A stretch of DNA of 58,825 nucleotides. It comes from Pirellulales bacterium. Lineage in GTDB: Bacteria; Planctomycetota; Planctomycetia; Pirellulales; UBA1268. Shown here piece by piece: positions 50,282 to 58,825 of this stretch. Made by a program: the position numbers and the translations under genes. The notes under the pieces were generated by a model. The model was given only the letters and a program-made list of their open reading frames with translations, did not search any database and was not told where the DNA came from. The first letter of the stretch is position 1. Each line of letters opens with the position of its first letter. The stretch covers positions 1 to 58,825 of the forward strand of contig JBGTGN010000151.1 in assembly GCA_041746715.1 (NCBI GenBank). The letters run 5' to 3'.

Positions 50282-52011
50282 TCAGGCGGGCCACCAGTAA
50301 AGCATGGCGGCGAACACGAGGGAGGCAAGAAGCACGCCGTCACGCCAGGTGATGCGGCCGCTCGCGCGGTGGAGCCGCACAGAGTCAAGCAGGGCACCCG
50401 TTGGGCAGCCGTAGCGGCAATAGGCCATTGGGTATCGGACGCTTGCGACGAGGCTCGCACCGAAGATCACGAGGGCGGGCACGCCCGCGATCAGCGGGAG
50501 GTAGGCGTCAAAGGGTTCGAGATCGACAAGGGCAATCGGTAGCGGTGCGACGACCGTGAGGATCGCCAGGGCGAGGAGGGCCCAAGGGAAGACCGTGAGC
50601 CAGCCACGGACTTGTGATGGGATCCTGCCTTTTGGCTTCGCCATCCGCAGCAGGAGCTGTTGGGCTGCGCCATGAGCACAGAGGTGTGAGCAGTAGACGT
50701 TTCGCTTCGTGGTCACAGGCGTCGCGAAGGCGACGACGGTGAGAACGGCAAGCACGACGGCTCCTGCCGGCACGCCCGCCTGGCACCAGCCTGCACACTG
50801 CGCAAGCGACAAGAGGGCTCCGGCCCCAAATCCGAGATAGCCGAGCACGGCAACAGGCAGGACGAGCCTTCCAAACCACGTGCCACGAACCCGCGTGAAA
50901 GCCGTGACGACGCCGGCGAGGATCACCGCGAGGGCTCCCCACTGCGGTGGCTCGATGCCGCGGAGCCATGCCGCGGCCCGCGTGACGATATCGCCACGAA
51001 CACTCCAACCGGCTTGCTCCTCGCGGGCTACCCGCACGATGCCCTCGGCGATCGCCTGGCTTGTCATTGTCGCGCCACTCACCCCTTCGACACCATGATC
51101 AGCAGGGTTAATCCCAGCGAGAGCCTCGATCGCCATCCCACGCCACAGTCCACGAAACGCCTCATCGTCACGGACGTATCCCACATAAGGCTCGTTGTCG
51201 AACGATGCGAGGACGGCGATGCCAACGACCCTGTTTTCCGAATCAAAACCGATGATCGCGTCGGTCGGGCCCTGGTAGCCGATCACGCGGTCGGCCGCGG
51301 GGCTCGTTCGCAGGCACCAGCCAAGCGACGTTCCATCGGCGGCCCGAACATGGATGACCGACTCATCTCCCGGCTCGGCCGCGATGCCCGCAGCCTCGGA
51401 AAACACAATCTGCACATCGGCAAGCGTGGGCTTCGTATCAAACCGGCTCTCGGCGGCGCTGCCTCCGAGCCGCAGCATGATCGCATCGACGATTGCCATG
51501 CTCGTGAGCGTCGAGCCCGCCACGGCATCCACCTTCGGCGCGGGCCCCTCGGCAATCTCCGCGAGGGGGCGCCCGACCAGCGATTTCAAGAACGATGCGT
51601 CGCGCTCGATCGCCCGCACATGGTCTCGCGTGTCACCACTGGAAAGGATCTCCATGCCGACGATGACGAGATCTGCGTTGCATACCAGCAGGATATCCGT
51701 CGGCCCCGAAAACCCGATCGCGGCATTGCCCGCCGGGCTCGTCCGGAGAATCGTGCCGACACGGCTCCCATCAGCCCCGAGCACATCGCGGCCACCGCCC
51801 ACCGCAGCCGAGGGTTCGCCGATCGCAGCCGCGTCGGAAAGAGACGGCTGCACGACATCAATCGACACGCTCGAAAGATCGAATGCCTCACGCCGCGCGA
51901 GCCGCTCGGCATGTGACGCATGCACGAGCCACGCGATGGCACAGACGACCGCAAGCCTCGCCCCATGGCCCATCACCATGCCGAGGCGATTGCGGGAATA
52001 AATCGTCACGG

Positions 52012-52015
<4 letters not shown>
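50282..52015 (-). CDS. NosR/NirI-like membrane protein with two FMN-binding domains and a 4Fe-4S-binding membrane domain
   Basis: Two repeats of LRTSP..IG(F/Y)xGPTD with DAVAGSTLTS and EGVSGATMTS; YCSHLCAHGA; EPF; YCRYGCPTG. GTGA overlap with the upstream gene. Confidence 0.88.
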
Positions 52016-53856
<1,841 letters not shown>

Positions 53857-53924
53857 CAATGCGGTCCTCACCGGGTGGCCTCTGTGTTTTTTCTATCTTC
53901 GGATGTGCGTCTGGACGCTTGCCG

Positions 53925-55214
53925 TCACACTTCCCAGCCTTTGCGGTACACGCGACGAAGCATCGCCGTCGCGTCGTCGCGGCTGGCCTTCATCGCGGCA
54001 GCGTCCCAGTCAAACTCACCCTGAATGCGGTAGGCGATGTTGGCCAAAAGAACACTCTCGGCCATCGGTCCCGCGTAGTCAAAATTGCAGCACGCGGGCG
54101 TTCCGCCGCGGCAGGCGTCGATCCATTCCCTGTGAAACCCCGGCGACGGAGGCATCGCCGGCTCGGGGCCCTTGAAGTCTTTGAATGAGTCTTCGGGAAG
54201 AAGCTTCCACCGATCAAAGCCGGCGACGAGCGTGCCCTTGCTGCCGATGAAGAGCGTGTTGAATCCACCTTTGGTGACGTTGAGCTTCTTGGCCACATCC
54301 GGCATGCCCTGATGCCAGTGGAGCGACACCGGCGGCAGGCTGCCACGCGCCGGAAAGTCGAGTCGCGTGGTCATGGCCGTGGGCGTGCGGGCTTTGTCGG
54401 GCTCGGGACCGCCACTTGCGGCCACGCGAATTGGGTGGGCGAGGTCGAGCGCCCAAAACGGGATGTCGAGGATATGACAGCCCCAGTTGCCCGCCTCGCC
54501 TGTGCCAAACTCCCACCAGAACCGCCAGTCATAGGGCGCGAAGCCTGGAGTGTACGGCCGCTCGGCATTCGGCCCGAGCCAGAGATCCCAATCGAGCCAC
54601 GCAGGTGGAGGCTCAGGAGGCCCAGGGAGTTTTGGCATACCACGACCACTTGCGATCCAGGCATGGGCCTCGCGAACTTCGCCGATGGCCCCGCTCTTTA
54701 CGACCGCGACGGCCTCGCGCAGACCCTTGTTGGCATGCCGTTGGTTGCCAAGCTGCGTGGCGAGTTTCTTTGCGCGGGCCGCGTCGGTGAGCCGGCGGAC
54801 TTCCTCCACTTCATGGGCAAGCGGCTTTTCGAGATAGACATGCTTGCCTCGCTCCATGGCCCACCAGGCGGGATGGAAGTGGGTGTGGTCTGGCGTGCTG
54901 ATGACGACCGCATCGATCTGGCGTTCGATTGCGTCAAACATCTTCCGGAAGTCGGTGAACTTCTTCGCGGCGTCGAACGTCTCAAACGCCTTGCCGGCCC
55001 GTCGCTCGTCCAGGTCGCAGAGCGCTACGATGTTTTGGCTGGACACTCCCTTGAGATTGGCTCCACCCTGCCCCCCCACGCCAATCACGGCGATCGCGAG
55101 CTTGTCGTTTGGCCCTTCAGCCCCTGCCGCCGGCGCAAAACCATGGCCCGCGAAATAGCCGGCCCCCGCCGTGGCAGTGAGCTTGGAAAACGTCCGGCGT
55201 GAAATTCTGGGCAT
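53925..55214 (-). CDS. Gfo/Idh/MocA family oxidoreductase, Tat-exported
   Basis: SRRTFSK Tat motif; IGVGGQG; STPDHTH; YLEKPL; WDLWLGP; WGCHILD. GGAG SD. Confidence 0.93.
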   Translation of the reverse strand: MPRISRRTFSKLTATAGAGYFAGHGFAPAAGAEGPNDKLAIAVIGVGGQGGANLKGVSSQNIVALCDLDERRAGKAFETFDAAKKFTDFRKMFDAIERQIDAVVISTPDHTHFHPAWWAMERGKHVYLEKPLAHEVEEVRRLTDAARAKKLATQLGNQRHANKGLREAVAVVKSGAIGEVREAHAWIASGRGMPKLPGPPEPPPAWLDWDLWLGPNAERPYTPGFAPYDWRFWWEFGTGEAGNWGCHILDIPFWALDLAHPIRVAASGGPEPDKARTPTAMTTRLDFPARGSLPPVSLHWHQGMPDVAKKLNVTKGGFNTLFIGSKGTLVAGFDRWKLLPEDSFKDFKGPEPAMPPSPGFHREWIDACRGGTPACCNFDYAGPMAESVLLANIAYRIQGEFDWDAAAMKASRDDATAMLRRVYRKGWEV

Positions 55215-55294
55215 GGGAAGACTCCGAGTGGGGTAGCGCAAGCGTCCTGCGTATTGTAATGGACTCGCGGGGCCGCCGCACGCCCCTGCCCCTC

Positions 55295-56569
55295 ATGACT
55301 CCAAGCATGCTTCCCTCGAATCATCCCGCCGACATCGTGATCGTCGGCGCGGGAGCTGCCGGCCTCTTCGCGGCCACGTGGGCGGGGCGAACAACGGCTG
55401 CGGCGGGCCGCCGTCTCTCGGTCACGGCACTCGACTCCTCGCGAAAGCTCGGGGCCAAGATCCTGGTGGCGGGAGGCGGCCGGTGCAACGTGACGCACGA
55501 GCAGGTCAGCGAAACCGACTATGCCGGCAGCACGCCAGCCTCGATTCGCAAGGTGCTCAGGCGGTTCAGCGTGGCCGACGCCGTGGCATTTTTTGAGGCG
55601 TCGGGTGTTCTTCTCAAGACCGAAGACACCGGCAAACTCTTCCCTGTCACCGACTCGGCACGGACGGTGCTCGACGCGATTGTGCGCGAGGCCATGCGGG
55701 CGGGCGCGACGCTCGTACACCCGGCCAAGGTCACGGGTGTCACGAAGGACGACACCGGTTTTGAAGTTCACACGGAGGCCGGGATATTCTCTGCGCGGCG
55801 GGTCATTCTCTGCACGGGTGGCAAATCACTTCCCAAGAGCGGCTCGGATGGTTCAGGTTTTGAGCTCGCACGAAGTCTTGGTCACTCGCTCACCAGTCCG
55901 GTCATGCCGTCGCTTGTGCCCCTGCTCCTGCCGCCGGGTCATTGGATCACGTCACTTTCTGGGCTGACGCTCCCGACGGAGGTTTCGCTCTTTTCATCGA
56001 CCAACAAAAAACTCTTCGCCACGACCGGCAGCACGCTCTGCACGCATTGCGGTCTTTCGGGGCCGGCGATTCTCGATGTGAGTCGCCACTGGCTCATGGC
56101 CCGCGCGGCCGACCCGAATGTTTCGCTGTCGCTCAACTGGCTACCGGGAGACAACCCAGAGCAAGTCGATCGGATGTTCGTGTCTCAGCAGGGCCGCGGG
56201 CCGCTCTCAATTCTTCGCGATCGGCTGCCCGATCGCCTCGCGCGAAGTCTTTGTGAACAATCCACCGCGCCGCCGGCTGGTGATCTTCCTCGTGATTCCA
56301 GACGCCGGCTCGTGTCCCTCGTCACGGCCACGCCGCTGCCGATCGTGGGCGACCGTGGCTTCACGGTGGCCGAGGCGACCGCCGGTGGAGTGCCTCTTTC
56401 GGAAGTTCGCCTCGAGACGATGGAGAGCCGCGTGTGCCCCGGTCTTTATCTCGCCGGCGAGGTGCTCGATGTCGATGGCCGCATCGGCGGCTTCAACTTT
56501 CAGTGGGCCTGGGCGAGCGGCTTTGTGGCGGGCAGTGGGGCGGCGGCATCCCTCGCGACCACTTCATAG
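55295..56569 (+). CDS. HI0933/BaiN/YhiN family flavoprotein
   Basis: IVGAGAAG, GAKILVAGGGRCNVT, GKLFP, TGGKSLPKSGSDGSG, GLSGPAILD, GEVLDVDGRIGGFNFQWAWASG. Start at 55295 or 55307. Confidence 0.93.
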   Translation: MTPSMLPSNHPADIVIVGAGAAGLFAATWAGRTTAAAGRRLSVTALDSSRKLGAKILVAGGGRCNVTHEQVSETDYAGSTPASIRKVLRRFSVADAVAFFEASGVLLKTEDTGKLFPVTDSARTVLDAIVREAMRAGATLVHPAKVTGVTKDDTGFEVHTEAGIFSARRVILCTGGKSLPKSGSDGSGFELARSLGHSLTSPVMPSLVPLLLPPGHWITSLSGLTLPTEVSLFSSTNKKLFATTGSTLCTHCGLSGPAILDVSRHWLMARAADPNVSLSLNWLPGDNPEQVDRMFVSQQGRGPLSILRDRLPDRLARSLCEQSTAPPAGDLPRDSRRRLVSLVTATPLPIVGDRGFTVAEATAGGVPLSEVRLETMESRVCPGLYLAGEVLDVDGRIGGFNFQWAWASGFVAGSGAAASLATTS

Positions 56570-57759
56570 CGGAACGAGCCTTCACGGAGATCGAGTCTGC
56601 GAAGAGGTGCCACCGTGGGCATGGTCGCGGCCGCTCCGACCGGAATCGACATGGGCTCGGGCGTGTGGTCGGGCAGGAGCGATGTGATTGCCACGACGAC
56701 ATCATCGACACCGATATCGTTCATCGACGCTTCGCCGAGAGGCCACGACGTCGGCCGCGTGGCTCGCCGCGTGGCGATCCTATCGGCACGCGTCTGCTTG
56801 ACCCGCGATGATCGCACGACGACAGCCCTCGCGGTCCACGGCGACCATTGATTGGGATTGGTGGGACCGAAGAGGACGGTCACCGGCGCACCATGCGACG
56901 CGGCCAAGTGGACGAGGCCTGTATCGACCCCCACGCACACATCCATGGCGGCAGTGAGTGTGCCGGCCTCTCGCAGCGAGAGGTCCTTGGTGAAGTCGTG
57001 AACGTGGGCCGCCACGTCATGGCTGAGTGTCGCTCGCAGGGCCTCGTGCGCCGGAATGTCATCACGACCTCCGCAGAAGATGACCTCCGCGCCGCGTCGC
57101 TCGACAAGCCATTCAAGAAGGGCGGCCCAGCGTTCGATGGGCCAATGCCTTTCTGGGGCCGTACATCGCGCGGCGACAAACACGCGCGGGCGGCCAGCGG
57201 GCAGTCGTGAGAGGAGGGCTGCGACCCGCGCCTGAGCATCGGGCGTGGACCAGTTCTCGGTGTGTCCGTCGTCAACCGTGATGCCTTCGGTACGGAGCAG
57301 ATCAAGGTAGCGATCAGCCTGGTGCCGTCCGCGTGGCACGGTAACGCTTCGGGTGTGGAAGAGGCTGCCGTCACCCGCGAGGCCTATTCGCTTCGGAATG
57401 CCGGCGAGAGCTGCCATGAGTCCAGCGGACAGCGATCGCTTCATCAGATACACACGCGAATAGCGCTGTCGTGCAAGCCAAGCGGCCTGGCTTCGGATCG
57501 AGGCGAGCGAAGCCGCGAGCGAGCGTCGGCCGGGCGGGCGTTTCCAGGTGACGAAGCGGTCAACATACGGGCAGTCGGCGAGCACGTCGTGCACAGGGCC
57601 CTCGCCGCAGACATCGATCGTCGCGCCGGGAAACGCCTGACGGAGGTTGCGAAGAAAGGGGATCGCGAGAACGGTGTCGCCGATGTACCGCGTGCAGACG
57701 ACGAGGATTCTCTCCTCGGCGTGGCGTGCTGCCCCTGTCGCATTTTCCGTGCCGCTCAT
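56500..57759 (-). CDS. Glycosyltransferase family 9 (LPS heptosyltransferase-like)
   Basis: RYIGDTVLAIP, RHWPIERW, VGVDTGLVHLAA, LFGPTNPNQW. Confidence 0.9.
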   Translation of the reverse strand: MSGTENATGAARHAEERILVVCTRYIGDTVLAIPFLRNLRQAFPGATIDVCGEGPVHDVLADCPYVDRFVTWKRPPGRRSLAASLASIRSQAAWLARQRYSRVYLMKRSLSAGLMAALAGIPKRIGLAGDGSLFHTRSVTVPRGRHQADRYLDLLRTEGITVDDGHTENWSTPDAQARVAALLSRLPAGRPRVFVAARCTAPERHWPIERWAALLEWLVERRGAEVIFCGGRDDIPAHEALRATLSHDVAAHVHDFTKDLSLREAGTLTAAMDVCVGVDTGLVHLAASHGAPVTVLFGPTNPNQWSPWTARAVVVRSSRVKQTRADRIATRRATRPTSWPLGEASMNDIGVDDVVVAITSLLPDHTPEPMSIPVGAAATMPTVAPLRRLDLREGSFRYEVVARDAAAPLPATKPLAQAH

Positions 57760-57882
57760 GACGGGAGGCTAGGAAACGCCTTGCAGCACCGCAGCGCCGG
57801 TTTTGGGCTTGGAAAATGGGTGTTTTTGGGCCTGGCCTGGGCATAACCGCGTGGCCTGGTCTGGCTCGCGGCCCATGATTGG

Positions 57883-58737
57883 TCAGTCCATCACGACAGT
57901 GCGGTTGTCGTGAACGAAGACACGTTCTTCGAGAACGAGCCGCACCGCGCGGGCGAGCACGAGCTTTTCGACGTCGCTGCCCGCCTGGGCCATTCGCTCG
58001 GGCGTAAACGTGTGGTCCACGGGGGTCACATCCTGGGCGATGATCGGGCCGGCGTCGAGCTCGCTGGTCACGAAGTGCGCCGTCGCACCGATGAGCTTCA
58101 CTCCTCGGGCAAACGCCTGGCGATACGGGGCCGCGCCGGCGAAGGCTGGCAGAAACGAGTGATGGATGTTGATGAGCCTGCCGGCGTACGCCGCGACGAA
58201 CGAAGGCGAGAGAATCCGCATGTAGCGCGCGAGCACGACATACGCTGGGGCATGGGCGTCGATGGCGGCAACGAGCCTCGCTTCGTGGGTTTCACGGTCC
58301 AGCCCCTCATGCGGCACCGAATAAAACGGCACACCAAAGCGTTCGACAAGACCGCGGAGGTGATCGTGGTTGCTGACAACGCCCACGATGGTTCCGGGCA
58401 GCTCGTCAATCGCGTCTAACAACAAGAGCTCGCCGAGGCAGTGGGGCTCGTGGGTGGCGCAGACGACAATCGGCCTTCGTTCATCGCAGGCCACACGGAC
58501 GCGGGCCGATGGTGGCAGCGTAGCCGCGAGCGCGGCGTGGAGTGTGTCAGCGGGTACATCGCCATTCACGGCGGTGACTTCCGCACGAAAGAAGAAATGA
58601 CGCGTGGCTGCGTCGACAAACTCCTGGTTCGCTTCGATGTTGAGTCGTTTCTGTTCGAGCACCCCGGTGATTCGGTGGATAAGGCCCACCGAATCGGGAC
58701 AGTCAACGAGAACGATGTGGCGCTGGGAGAGATGCAT
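57883..58737 (-). CDS. purU: Formyltetrahydrofolate deformylase
   Basis: CPDSVGLI (ACT domain), HCLGELL, VSNH, VLARYMRILS, INIHHSFLPAF, RGVKLIGATAHFVT..LDAGPII. Confidence 0.95.
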   Translation of the reverse strand: MHLSQRHIVLVDCPDSVGLIHRITGVLEQKRLNIEANQEFVDAATRHFFFRAEVTAVNGDVPADTLHAALAATLPPSARVRVACDERRPIVVCATHEPHCLGELLLLDAIDELPGTIVGVVSNHDHLRGLVERFGVPFYSVPHEGLDRETHEARLVAAIDAHAPAYVVLARYMRILSPSFVAAYAGRLINIHHSFLPAFAGAAPYRQAFARGVKLIGATAHFVTSELDAGPIIAQDVTPVDHTFTPERMAQAGSDVEKLVLARAVRLVLEERVFVHDNRTVVMD

Positions 58738-58825
58738 GACGGGACAGTCTGACTCGAACATGGCTGGCCGGGAAGTGCCGGCGAGGGGCTGCCCGTGCCA
58801 TGGAGGCGGCGTAGAAAAGCGAGCG

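Overview
GC-rich chromosomal window from a planctomycete (Planctomycetia/Pirellulales-like), judged from PSD1/DUF1553-DUF1501, DUF1592-DUF1552, a PVC-type haem protein and a planctomycete 'E-x-(L/C)-E-x-R-x-x-(L/M)' export motif. In order: ilvC (cut by the window edge) and ilvN, divergent from rpsB-tsf-pyrH-frr; a six-gene ABC exporter cluster ending in a NatB-like permease fused to a CPBP intramembrane protease; DUF480; a tightly packed five-gene MoxR AAA+/vWA/beta-propeller ('bpX') ternary conflict-system operon (12.8-20.8 kb, the top candidate); a secreted beta-helix protein; DUF202; a giant alpha-2-macroglobulin lacking the CxEQ thioester; an SPFH/ribbon-helix-helix pair with a 26-bp palindrome over its promoter; a minimal diguanylate cyclase; a coupled pair of membrane-associated GTPases; three PVC cytochrome-c modules; a 142-bp element with perfect 21-bp inverted repeats; an EboF-like phosphodiesterase; MscS; a Gfo/Idh/MocA, FAD oxidoreductase and double-FMN NosR-like redox cluster; an HI0933 flavoprotein; a GT9 glycosyltransferase; and purU. 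I saw no rRNA, tRNA, CRISPR array, integrase or transposase. All family calls come from motif recognition by eye, not database searches.
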